In this document: in pieces, positions 18,829 to 27,925 of the stretch
How positions within the stretch are numbered: the first letter of the stretch is position 1
Layout of the letters: the number at the start of each line of letters is the position of its first letter
Source of the DNA: Opitutales bacterium
GTDB lineage: Bacteria > Verrucomicrobiota > Verrucomicrobiia > Opitutales > JAFGAQ01
Direction of reading: 5' to 3'
NCBI GenBank assembly: GCA_022361075.1
Contig: JAKSBQ010000079.1
Span: 1-53,984 of the forward strand
Length of the DNA: 53,984 nucleotides
The notes under the pieces: model-generated
The model's input: the letters and a program-made list of their open reading frames with translations, nothing else
What the model was told of the DNA's origin: nothing
The model's database searches: none
Position numbers and translations under genes: made by a program

Positions 18829-20025
18829 ATGGCTTTACTTAATTTAGGTTCCAAAAACCCAATTGCGAAACGTTGCGAGTCTGACTCACTTACCAAAGAA
18901 CGACTTAAATACAATCCGCTCTATCTTTCGCTTGACCGTCAGGAAGCTACTCGAGTTTGGCTACAAGGAGAGGAAAAAGTCATGCTCACGAGCAATGAGT
19001 ATCTTGGCTTAGGTGAGCACCCCAAGGTCATTGAGGGTGGCAAGAAGGCGATGGATGAGTGGGGCAGCGGAACTACTGGAGCACGTTCGGCCAATGGTAG
19101 TCGCTATTTTCACGAAAGACTGGAAGAGAAAATAGCTGATTTTCTCGGGAAAGAAGCCTGCCACGTCTCAGTTGCAGGTTACGTTTCGTGTATCACATCA
19201 GTTGCTGCGTTTGCACAAAGGGGAGACGTGGTATTGGCGGATAAAAATAACCATTCCTCTTTGGTGAGTGGTATGAAGCTCTCCGATGCGAGGGTCGAAC
19301 GGTTCAGCCACAATAACGTCGCAGATCTCGAAGATATCCTGAGTTACGAGAAAAGTAAGACTCCTAAGCTACTCGTTTTTGATGGTATTTATTCGATGGA
19401 GGGACACATCGCACCCGTTCGTGAGCTGGTAGAGGTGGCGAAAAACCATGATTGTTTCGCCGTGATGGATGATGCTCACGGTTTTGGGGTCATGGGTGAA
19501 GGTGGTCGTGGTACTGCCCATCATTTTGGGGTCACGGATGAACTCGACATCATCTGCGGAAGTTTTTCGAAGGCGCTTTCAAGCACAGGTGGATTCGTTG
19601 TGGGTAGTAGAGCTGCGATTGAATATCTGAGGACCCACTCCAAACAGACCATTTTCAGTGCTGCGATCAGTCCTGCAGCAGCCGGATGTGCTGAGGCTGC
19701 GTTGGAGGTGTTGCAAACAGAGCCCGAGCATCTTGAAAAGCTTTGGGAAAACACCAAGCGGTTGAAGGGGATTTACGAGTCCATCGGGCTTGATACCTGG
19801 GGCAGCGATACTCCGGCAATCCCTGTCGTGATCGGTGACCGGATGCGGGCTTATTTCTTCTGGAAAACCCTTCTGGAGAATGGTGTGTTTTCGATTCTTT
19901 CGACGACTCCGGCTGTGCCTCCCGGAAAGGATCTCATTCGGACGGCTGCATCAGCTCGTCATACGGAAGAGGATTTTGAGATCATCGAAAAGGCTTTCCG
20001 AATTGCTGCTAAGAAGCATCTGTAG
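18829..20025 (+). CDS. Class II PLP alpha-oxoamine synthase, serine palmitoyltransferase-like
   Basis: SNEYLGL, GSGTTGARSANG, DGIYSMEG, DDAHG, GSFSKAL (PLP lysine), IFSAA. Confidence 0.85.
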   Translation: MALLNLGSKNPIAKRCESDSLTKERLKYNPLYLSLDRQEATRVWLQGEEKVMLTSNEYLGLGEHPKVIEGGKKAMDEWGSGTTGARSANGSRYFHERLEEKIADFLGKEACHVSVAGYVSCITSVAAFAQRGDVVLADKNNHSSLVSGMKLSDARVERFSHNNVADLEDILSYEKSKTPKLLVFDGIYSMEGHIAPVRELVEVAKNHDCFAVMDDAHGFGVMGEGGRGTAHHFGVTDELDIICGSFSKALSSTGGFVVGSRAAIEYLRTHSKQTIFSAAISPAAAGCAEAALEVLQTEPEHLEKLWENTKRLKGIYESIGLDTWGSDTPAIPVVIGDRMRAYFFWKTLLENGVFSILSTTPAVPPGKDLIRTAASARHTEEDFEIIEKAFRIAAKKHL

Positions 20026-21292
20026 CCTCTTCGGATTCTGGTTGTTCTTCTGCGATTTTGGGCGACCTTTTGTTGCAGTCTGCAACCATCAGCTTAAAAA
20101 GCTTCCCGCTGTTTTTGTGGGCATCAAATTGACGCTCGACCCAGTGTCGGGCGGTTGTGCCTAACATCTTTCGTCTGTCGTAGTCTGCGATAAGGTTTTT
20201 GATCGTTTCGACCCATGGTTCGATCGGTTTGGCGGGCAGAATCACCATCTCATAGTCATCTTTGAAATTTTCAATGATTCCGGAGTCTGGGGTGGTGATG
20301 ACCGGAATCGCCCTGGCCATTGCTTCCGGGATCACGTTGGCTAGCCCGTTGCGGTCTCCATCCTTCGCAACAACACCGGTGAAGACGAACAAATCGCACC
20401 ATTCGTAGTAAGAGTGGACTTCTTCATGAGGAACTTTTCCGATGAGTTTGACATGTCCCTCAAGATGATAGTCGGAAATGAGTTTTTCTAACTCAGATCC
20501 TTGAGGACCATCACCAATTATTTTTGCTTCAAAGGGAATCCCTCTCTTTCGCATGTCTCGGTAAATCCGAAACTGATCGGGATAACCTTTTTTTTCCACC
20601 AAGCGCCCGATTGTGAGCAACTTAACTCTTCCGATCTCTTCTCTCTGAGCCTTGATCGGCGGGAAAGAGGACAGTCCTCTGCGAATGAGGTGAACTTTCT
20701 GGCCCTCGGCTCCCAGCGAGAGCAAATGTTTTCGAGCAAATCTGGTCGATGTGTGGATGAATTGTGCTTCGTCCAGCTTTCGGTCTAAAAAAGCGTCCCC
20801 TCCATTTTGAAAGATATCGTAAGCATGAGCGCCCATCGAGTAGTGGATTCCGATCAATTCTCTCAAAATCATCGCGGCTGTTGCAGGCATGGTGGCCCAA
20901 ACTGCGTGGATCAGATCAGGTTGCCATTTTTCGATTTTTTTGGCCCGAATCAGCGCATAAGCGAATCCGAGCAGACACTCGGCCCAGTTTTTTGGATAGG
21001 CAGGAGGTTTTTGCATCAGTCGGCCGAAAAAACCAAAAAGGGTCTTAGGTTTTTTGATAAGCCAAAAGGGAAGCCAGACCAACAATGTGGCGAGTTCCCA
21101 CATCCGAAATCGATCAACTGGAAATCCCTCAAATGAGTTTCCACCCCCCCAAATGGTATTCAGAGAAAGCTCGGGAATGAGGGTTTGAATCACCCTCATC
21201 TCACGTTGAAGGAAGGTTTCGCTCACCAGTGGAAACGTCGTGTAGAGGTAAAAAACACGCGGAGGTGATTTCTTGCTGAAAACAGCTGGCAT
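20009..21292 (-). CDS. GT4 glycosyltransferase (WcaL-like)
   Basis: FPLVSETF, AHAYDIF, GRLVEKKG, DRNGLANVIPEAMA. Confidence 0.9.
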   Translation of the reverse strand: MPAVFSKKSPPRVFYLYTTFPLVSETFLQREMRVIQTLIPELSLNTIWGGGNSFEGFPVDRFRMWELATLLVWLPFWLIKKPKTLFGFFGRLMQKPPAYPKNWAECLLGFAYALIRAKKIEKWQPDLIHAVWATMPATAAMILRELIGIHYSMGAHAYDIFQNGGDAFLDRKLDEAQFIHTSTRFARKHLLSLGAEGQKVHLIRRGLSSFPPIKAQREEIGRVKLLTIGRLVEKKGYPDQFRIYRDMRKRGIPFEAKIIGDGPQGSELEKLISDYHLEGHVKLIGKVPHEEVHSYYEWCDLFVFTGVVAKDGDRNGLANVIPEAMARAIPVITTPDSGIIENFKDDYEMVILPAKPIEPWVETIKNLIADYDRRKMLGTTARHWVERQFDAHKNSGKLFKLMVADCNKRSPKIAEEQPESEEATDAS

Positions 21293-21302
21293 TATTGAAC
21301 TC

Positions 21303-21761
21303 CTAAGCCCAGTCGAAAGCTAGAGTGATTTGCTCGACAAAAAACGCCTTTTTCCCATCTACAGTGATCTTTCCACCTAGCTGGATCATCGGGTACCGCA
21401 ACCGTTTGATCTTGATTTCCAATTCCAGGGTTTCACCGACGTTGCATATTCGATGCGCTCGGATGCCGTCTGCAGAAGTGAAAACGATGTTTTTCAAATC
21501 CACTTTTTTTCCTTCTGGCGAGGTCGCATTCTTTACGAGGTAGAGCACACCAAGTTGACCCAATGATTCACTTGCAAGAGATGCGGGAAAAATTCGTTTA
21601 TGAGCTAAGTGACCCTCAAGCACAGGCTCATTCCCTTTGATTTTGTAGATTCCGGTCGCGAATTGCTCTCCCAGGGTCGCCTCATCCAAAAATAGAAATG
21701 GTGGCGCGTATGGAGTCGCCTCAAGCACTTCGGCGTAGTCCAGTTGTAACGAATCGGACAT
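21303..21761 (-). CDS. FabA/FabZ-type 3-hydroxyacyl-ACP dehydratase
   Basis: PPFLFLD, LEGH..KRIFPASLASESLGQ; hotdog fold with His and Glu retained. Confidence 0.8.
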   Translation of the reverse strand: MSDSLQLDYAEVLEATPYAPPFLFLDEATLGEQFATGIYKIKGNEPVLEGHLAHKRIFPASLASESLGQLGVLYLVKNATSPEGKKVDLKNIVFTSADGIRAHRICNVGETLELEIKIKRLRYPMIQLGGKITVDGKKAFFVEQITLAFDWA

Positions 21762-21773
21762 GAAATGATTCGT

Positions 21774-22169
21774 TTAGCTGAGCTTTGTACGGATGAAAGC
21801 CTTTACGTCCGCAATCGATTTTAGATCTCTCAGCTCTTCGTTTTCGATGGAAACTCCAACTACCTCCTCAACGAGAATGACGATTTCCATCATGGTCAGT
21901 GAGTCCACGCCCAAATCATTAAAAAGCTCAAGAGAGTCGTCTCCTGAACTCATTTGTGGGCGCATGTCGGGCTCTAAAAATCGCTCGATTATTCCTGTGA
22001 CAATCGTAGGAACTAAATCTGCATTTTTGGTCCCTCGATATTCGACGGCCGCCTCAATGGTTTTTTCGGAGCATCTCTTGAGAGACTCCTTTAATGCGTC
22101 GATTTCTGCTTCAGATATGTTGGTGTTCGCCACTTTGATTCTCAGGTATAGATTCCTAACACTCGGCAC
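21774..22169 (-). CDS. Acyl carrier protein with an N-terminal helical extension
   Basis: DLGVDSLTMMEIV phosphopantetheine site; start uncertain (GTG at 22133 is plausible). Confidence 0.85.
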   Translation of the reverse strand: MPSVRNLYLRIKVANTNISEAEIDALKESLKRCSEKTIEAAVEYRGTKNADLVPTIVTGIIERFLEPDMRPQMSSGDDSLELFNDLGVDSLTMMEIVILVEEVVGVSIENEELRDLKSIADVKAFIRTKLS

Positions 22170-22362
22170 GCTAGTTGCCGAATTTCGCTAGATTGCAGGA
22201 TTAGATAACAATAATCAATACCTATTATTTGACGTGATGCCTGTGCGTCATCAATCGTTTTCGTGGTTTACCTTATGAGATATCCTGAGCTTGACCCTTA
22301 AATGAGTTCACTGTTGATTTTCGGCTTGGAAATTTTCTGCCAACTGACTGAAGATTCAAGCG

Positions 22363-23433
22363 ATGAGCGAAGCAAAACCTGTAATTTTAACTTGTGCCCA
22401 GCCTACCGGAGGAGGAGATCTTACTCTAGGTAATTACATCGGAGCAGTTCGCAATTGGGCGACCATGCAGGAAGACTACGAGTGCTATTTTGGCATTGTG
22501 GACATGCACGCAATCACCGTCAGGCGGGAGCCGGCGGAGCTTCGCAAAGCTTGTTATTCGTGCCTTGCTCAATACATCGCTTGCGGACTCGATCCTGAAA
22601 AGGCTGCCTTGTTCTTTCAGTCACATGTGATCGGTCACGCTGAATTGGCCTGGGTGCTTAGCTGTTACACTCCTATCGGCGACCTTCAGCGAATGACTCA
22701 GTTCAAAGAGAAGGCTGAGAAGTTGGGATTTCAGGTCAAATCAGCGGGTGATGACATTCGTTTCTCGCACGAGGGAGCTAAAGCGCAAGCTTCTGTGAAT
22801 TCAGGTCTGCTTTACTACCCGGTGCTCATGGCCGCAGACATTCTTCTTTACAACGCAAATGCCGTTCCAGTCGGGGAAGACCAACGTCAGCATCTTGAGC
22901 TCACACGAGATCTCGCACAGAGGTTTAACAACACTTACTCGCCGACTTTTAATATACCCAACGCATATATCCCGAAATCGGGTGCAAAAGTGATGTCACT
23001 CCAGGAACCGACTCGGAAAATGTCGAAGAGCGACGAGAACCCTAACGGAACTTTATTTCTAATCGAGCCTCCTGAAAAACTGGCAAAGAAGATCAAGAGT
23101 GCGGTCACGGATTCCGGTTCTGAAATTCGAGTGGCGGACGACAAACCGGGAGTGAGCAATCTGATCACAATCCTGAGCGTGCTGACTGGTAAGAGCGTTC
23201 AGGAAATTGAGAAGGACTATCAGGGTCAAAACTATGCAACCTTCAAAGGGGATGTGGCAGAGGCGGTAGTCGAAACACTACGTCCGGTTCAAGCTCGCTA
23301 TCATGAGATTATCAGTGACAAAGTGTATCTCGAAGGTGTTCTCAAAGACGGAGCAGCTCGGGCGCAGAACAGAGCTTACAAAGTTCTGAACAAAGTTTAC
23401 CGGAAAGTTGGTTTCCCAGATAGAGTGAGGTAG
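22363..23433 (+). CDS. trpS: Tryptophan--tRNA ligase
   Basis: QPTG..LTLGNYIGA, YPVLMAADIL, VPVGEDQRQH, KMSKS. Confidence 0.97.
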   Translation: MSEAKPVILTCAQPTGGGDLTLGNYIGAVRNWATMQEDYECYFGIVDMHAITVRREPAELRKACYSCLAQYIACGLDPEKAALFFQSHVIGHAELAWVLSCYTPIGDLQRMTQFKEKAEKLGFQVKSAGDDIRFSHEGAKAQASVNSGLLYYPVLMAADILLYNANAVPVGEDQRQHLELTRDLAQRFNNTYSPTFNIPNAYIPKSGAKVMSLQEPTRKMSKSDENPNGTLFLIEPPEKLAKKIKSAVTDSGSEIRVADDKPGVSNLITILSVLTGKSVQEIEKDYQGQNYATFKGDVAEAVVETLRPVQARYHEIISDKVYLEGVLKDGAARAQNRAYKVLNKVYRKVGFPDRVR

Positions 23434-23505
23434 TTTTTTGAATTCAGGCATTGAGAATCTGGAGTTTCGATTTGGAAACGGGAAATATCTCATATCTTTT
23501 GAGAT

Positions 23506-23952
23506 ATGAAATTCTACCGATCGACGATCACCTCATTTGCCCTAGCCTTACTTTTTGTGCTGGGAGTGGTTTCTTGCAAAAAGAACGAAGAACCCAAGGA
23601 CAATTGGGAGCGCGTGAAATACAACGCGAAGAAAACGGTGGATGCTGCAGCTGATTTAAGCCAAGAAAAGTGGCAGGAGTTAAAGGCATTTACCAATGAA
23701 GAATGGAATGGGGCTTCGGAATCGATTGAGGAGTTCAAAAAGAAAATCGAAAGACTTGGCGAAGACGCGAAGCCTGAAATCAAAGAAAAAATCGTCGAGC
23801 TCGAAAACCTGAAAAAAGATGTAGAAGACGCGATGAAAGACTTTTCGGAAGCGACAGGCGAGAAGGCTGAGGCTTCAAAGGAAAAACTCAAAGCGCTTTA
23901 CGAAAAGCTAAAAACCAAAGTGGATTCCCTGAAGGAATCCAACGCGGTTTAA
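23506..23952 (+). CDS. Helical charged lipoprotein
   Basis: Signal peptide with lipobox VVSC, then Lys/Glu-rich amphipathic helices. Confidence 0.75.
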   Translation: MKFYRSTITSFALALLFVLGVVSCKKNEEPKDNWERVKYNAKKTVDAAADLSQEKWQELKAFTNEEWNGASESIEEFKKKIERLGEDAKPEIKEKIVELENLKKDVEDAMKDFSEATGEKAEASKEKLKALYEKLKTKVDSLKESNAV

Positions 23953-26900
23953 TTCTTTCGCTGACTGATCACACTTGTTGAGAAGGCGAGCGCCGCTTTC
24001 ATCTTCTCGAGCGGAACGGGTTTAGAGAGGAAGTTATCCATGGTAGCGTTGCGGCATGCCATTTCGTCCTGAAGTGAGGCTGATGCTGTTAATGCGATGA
24101 TGATTGGCTGAGCCTTTAGTTTAAGTTTTCGGATTTCGAGAGTGGCGCGGATTCCGTCCATCACGGGCATGAGTTTGTCCATCAGGACAATGTCATAGTC
24201 CTCCTCCTGAACCTTTTTGACTGCTTCCTTTCCATTCGTGACCACGTCAATAGTGAAGCCAATTTTTTTCAACATCAATGCGGTTACCCTTTGGTTTACC
24301 ACATTGTCCTCGGCTAGGAGTATTTTCAGGTCTGGGTCGATTCTTGCGTCAGACTTGAATGGAAGCAGGAAGGGCTTGAACTGAAAACTGTTTTTACCGT
24401 CTGTAGGCTCTTCGGCGCGGGTAATGACGCTTTCTGGCTCGAGAGATGCGAAAGACTGAGAAAGTGGAGATTTGAAATAGAGTGCTTGCTTAAGGGTCTT
24501 GTGAAGTAGGCCTACTTGAACGGGAGCCTGAATCTGATGAACGTACTTTTGCTTTTTCCATGCGGAAGCACTCGAATAATCTTCATGAGAAACAATCAGG
24601 ACGATTGGTACGGATTCGAGTTGTTCCGAGTTTCGAATAGCTGAAATTTGTTCAAGGATGTTGAGATCTTCTGACGAAGTGTAAGGATTAACGAAAACCA
24701 CATCTGGGCTGTGCGTATGAAACCAGGTGAGAGCGTCGTCCAGTCGGGTTTGTGTTTGCACGCCAAGTTCCCAACAACGTAAGTGTTTTGAGATGAGCTG
24801 GAGTTCGGGTTCGTCTCCTGAAATGATCAAAGCTGAATGACTGGGAAATCTCTCGTAGAGGTTCGAAGCTTCCTTGCGGGCAGGCGATTTTACCAAGGGA
24901 ATCGTGACTGAAGTGCAAGTTCCGCCGAGCTTGCTCGGAGTCACTTCGACCGAGCCCATCATCGCTTCGGCGATACGTTTACCAATAGCCATTCCCAACA
25001 TCGAAGCAGGGACAGATGAGGTGTGAATATTGGTGGATGGAGCAAGAAGACCGAAACTTTGATCGACATCCTCCTGAGACATCGGTTCACCGGAGTTTTC
25101 GACAGTCCACTTCAATTTAGTTCTCAATTTGTCGTCGGACTGCATTTCTTCGAGCTTTACGTTGATGATCCCTTCGGCAGTGTTTTGGAAAGATCGGGCG
25201 AGTAGCGTGATCAAGATTTGTTGAATGCGTTGCGCGTCGCCGATGACTTCAGCGAGTAAGTCGGAAGGAACATCACAGATGAGGGAAAGTCCTGTTTTTT
25301 GGGAGTCGGAGCGGAAAAGAAGTGCCACTGCCTCTGTAGTTGCCACTGGATCAAAAGGAGTCTCCTTGAGCTTGAGAGCTCCTGATTCCAAGCGGGACAG
25401 GTCAGAAATATCATCGATGAGTGTGATGATCGAACGGCTACTCACCTCCATGATGTGGTAGCAGTTTTCCTGAACAGAGTCTAATTTTGTGTCATTGAGT
25501 AAGTTGATTGCCCCGACGACTCCATTCATCGGAGTACGAAGTTCCTGGGCGAGGTTCAAAAAGGTCGTGTTTCGCTCGTCCTTCCATTTTGAGAGCTTGG
25601 TCTCGCATTGCTTCAACTCACTTTGCAACTCTAGTAATCTGCTCCTCTGGGATTTCCGCCGTTGAACCTGAAAAAGCAAGATGATGAAAAGTATTAAGGC
25701 GACTCCGGTGGGAATAGCAACGTAGACTAGTGTGGTTGATATTTGGCGTCTGTCGCCAGTTTGCAGTTGTTCGTCGGTATTCAGCCTTAACTCTGAGCTG
25801 GCTCGCAGAGCATCGGTCAATTCATCAGATATAGAGCTAATTTTGGTCTCATATTCTCTGTGTAGTGCCTTTGCTAAAAATTCCTTGGATTTGCGCTCGG
25901 ATTCGAAAGCCAAATCATATTCACCCAGTATTCGATCAACTTCGCTAAGCTGCGAATAGAGTTTTGAGAGCTGTTCGTTATCTTGTAGTTTGGAGGCTTT
26001 TTCGATGGCCAACTGAAGGCTCTCGCGGGCTAGTAGATCATCAAATGCCTTGAGTGAGATTTCTGCTTTCAATTGATACAACCCCATCCCAATTTCGTCC
26101 GATGCCTTGGAGAGGACCGTGTCGATCGTGTTCAGCGCAGCTGTATAATTGTTTCGCAGCGAAAGTGTTGTGGATAGCCCTACCACTAGTGCCGGAAAGT
26201 AATCTCCCCCTTGATTGGCAGCATAGAGCTGGAACGCTTTTTGGAAGTAGTTTTGAGCTGACGAGTAGTTGCCCCTGTTCATCATGATATCACCCTTAAA
26301 CTGCAGACACTCGGCTTTGCCCACATTTTCTCTCACTTGATCGAAGTAGCTTATCGCGTTTTCGAGTGGAGCGATCGCTTGTTGATAGCGGTCTGAAGTT
26401 TCGAGGTTCGGATTTTCTGAGCGTAGTCGGTTGATTGAGTTTTCCAAATAACCTCGAAATGTGAGATCCAGATCGAGATCGAGGATCGCATGAACCATCC
26501 CAGATATCTGGTAACTTTTCCCGATGAGAAGAAGATCGTCGATGCCAGTGGAAATTGACAAGGCGTCGTCAACATGTTGTCGCGCCTGATTTCGGTTTCC
26601 GAGCTTAGCGTTGTGAATTGCCAGCTCATGTTTCACCTCCACTAGCTCAGAAACTTTTCTTTTTTGCTCATAGACTTCCGCGACTTCTGACAGAAGTGCT
26701 ATCCCTTTGACCAAATTACCTTCTTCGAAGTAGTAGTAGCCTTCGCTTTTCGATACGTAAGCTTTACCTAAATCACTATCTTGCTCTGCGGCGATTCGAT
26801 GAGCTTTTTGAAAAAAGGACTGTGCCAATGCTTGGTCTCCAGAAAACCCTGCAACTATTGCTCCAATAGCGTAAAGTTTGATTCGAGCTTCGGTTTCGTC

Positions 26901-27164
26901 GTTTGTTTCGGTCCATGAAATTCCGCTTCGAATGAGAGGGATCCATTTCGCAGGGGAATTTCTGTAACTCTCCGTATCGTCATTCTCGACCAGAGCCTTG
27001 ACTAACTCAGCACCTTCGAGCTGAGCTACATCTTCGTATGCGACTGTACTTGCTGTTGCAAACGATGTTGAAAACCAGATACCCAGAATCGTTCCCCACT
27101 TGCCCAATAGATTCGCAACCTCTGAGATTTTCTTTCTGACGATGCTTTTCGTATCTAAGATCAT
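23949..27164 (-). CDS. TPR-containing hybrid sensor kinase/response regulator with a degenerate kinase core
   Basis: TPR-like periplasmic region, TM helix, QELRTPMNG H-box lacking His, a degenerate first REC, and a C-terminal REC with LAEDN, LMDKLMPVMDG and LSKP. Confidence 0.88.
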   Translation of the reverse strand: MILDTKSIVRKKISEVANLLGKWGTILGIWFSTSFATASTVAYEDVAQLEGAELVKALVENDDTESYRNSPAKWIPLIRSGISWTETNDETEARIKLYAIGAIVAGFSGDQALAQSFFQKAHRIAAEQDSDLGKAYVSKSEGYYYFEEGNLVKGIALLSEVAEVYEQKRKVSELVEVKHELAIHNAKLGNRNQARQHVDDALSISTGIDDLLLIGKSYQISGMVHAILDLDLDLTFRGYLENSINRLRSENPNLETSDRYQQAIAPLENAISYFDQVRENVGKAECLQFKGDIMMNRGNYSSAQNYFQKAFQLYAANQGGDYFPALVVGLSTTLSLRNNYTAALNTIDTVLSKASDEIGMGLYQLKAEISLKAFDDLLARESLQLAIEKASKLQDNEQLSKLYSQLSEVDRILGEYDLAFESERKSKEFLAKALHREYETKISSISDELTDALRASSELRLNTDEQLQTGDRRQISTTLVYVAIPTGVALILFIILLFQVQRRKSQRSRLLELQSELKQCETKLSKWKDERNTTFLNLAQELRTPMNGVVGAINLLNDTKLDSVQENCYHIMEVSSRSIITLIDDISDLSRLESGALKLKETPFDPVATTEAVALLFRSDSQKTGLSLICDVPSDLLAEVIGDAQRIQQILITLLARSFQNTAEGIINVKLEEMQSDDKLRTKLKWTVENSGEPMSQEDVDQSFGLLAPSTNIHTSSVPASMLGMAIGKRIAEAMMGSVEVTPSKLGGTCTSVTIPLVKSPARKEASNLYERFPSHSALIISGDEPELQLISKHLRCWELGVQTQTRLDDALTWFHTHSPDVVFVNPYTSSEDLNILEQISAIRNSEQLESVPIVLIVSHEDYSSASAWKKQKYVHQIQAPVQVGLLHKTLKQALYFKSPLSQSFASLEPESVITRAEEPTDGKNSFQFKPFLLPFKSDARIDPDLKILLAEDNVVNQRVTALMLKKIGFTIDVVTNGKEAVKKVQEEDYDIVLMDKLMPVMDGIRATLEIRKLKLKAQPIIIALTASASLQDEMACRNATMDNFLSKPVPLEKMKAALAFSTSVISQRKN

Positions 27165-27261
27165 GAAAAGGAGACGTTTATTTCTTAATAAGAAAAAGAG
27201 CAGCAGACTGACGAGCCTTTAAAAGCCCGAGAACGTCAAAAAAATTTGAAAATAAAAGTAC

Positions 27262-27290
27262 TTGATTCACCTGAAGAGAACAGGTAGCTT
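27262..27290 (+). promoter_or_regulatory. sigma70 promoter of the tRNA
   Basis: TTGATT-N17-TAGCTT with upstream A-tracts. Confidence 0.6.
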
Positions 27291-27306
27291 CTAATCTTTG
27301 AAGTTG

Positions 27307-27384
<78 letters not shown>

Positions 27385-27386
27385 AA

Positions 27387-27426
27387 CGAGGCTCGTTGGT
27401 AAACCCGACGGGCCTCGACCATTTTT
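27387..27426 (+). terminator. Hairpin after the tRNA, terminator-like; duplicated at about 27751-27790
   Basis: CGAGGCTCGTTGG-TAAAC-CCGACGGGCCTCG followed by accattttt. Confidence 0.55.
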
Positions 27427-27435
27427 AAGTCCTCA

Positions 27436-27702
27436 ATGAATCCTCAGTATCGAGTTTATGTGATCGAAAACAATGAAGGTAGGCGGTACATCGGTTACAG
27501 TGAAGACATCGAACACCGACTTAAACAACACAATCTTGGTTTATCTAAATGGACTTCTGGAAAAGGCCCTTGGCGAATTGTATGGAAATCACAAAAGTTA
27601 ATCCGAAGCGAAGCGTTTGCGCTTGAACGTAAATTGAAAAAACAAGGTCGTGATTCGGGTTTTTATCAAATCACAGGACTTAATCCTCCCGATCGCTCAT
27701 AA
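27436..27702 (+). CDS. Small stand-alone GIY-YIG nuclease family protein
   Basis: YRVYVIE...RRYIGYSEDIEHRLKQHN.G.SKWT..KGPW...EAFALERKLKK. Confidence 0.92.
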   Translation: MNPQYRVYVIENNEGRRYIGYSEDIEHRLKQHNLGLSKWTSGKGPWRIVWKSQKLIRSEAFALERKLKKQGRDSGFYQITGLNPPDRS

Positions 27703-27748
27703 TCCGGCAGCCGCCGGATCCCTGGTTCAAATCCAGGCCCTGCACCCA
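27695..27748 (+). pseudogene. tRNA-Met 3'-half copy with a palindrome in place of the anticodon 3' strand and variable loop
   Basis: GCTCATAA + TCCGGCAGCCGCCGGA + TCCCTGGTTCAAATCCAGGCCCTGCACCCA. Confidence 0.85.
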
Positions 27749-27799
27749 AACGAGGCTCGTTGGTAAACCCGGCGGGCCTCGACCATATTTAAGCCCTCA

Positions 27800-27910
27800 A
27801 TGAATCCTCAGTATCGAGTTTATGTGATCGAAAACGATGAAGGCAGGCGGTACATCGGTTGCGGCGAGGACATCGAACTAGAAGATCCTAATGAAATCGG
27901 AGAGGATTGA
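27800..27910 (+). pseudogene. Truncated second GIY-YIG copy
   Basis: MNPQYRVYVIENDEGRRYIGCGEDIE followed by unrelated sequence and a stop. Confidence 0.88.
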
Positions 27911-27925
27911 ACTTCAATGAAAATC

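Noticed and set aside
18829-20025. Assignment as bioF
   Set aside because: No biotin genes nearby, and the motifs and ACP/GT context favour an SPT-like enzyme; the gene symbol was left blank
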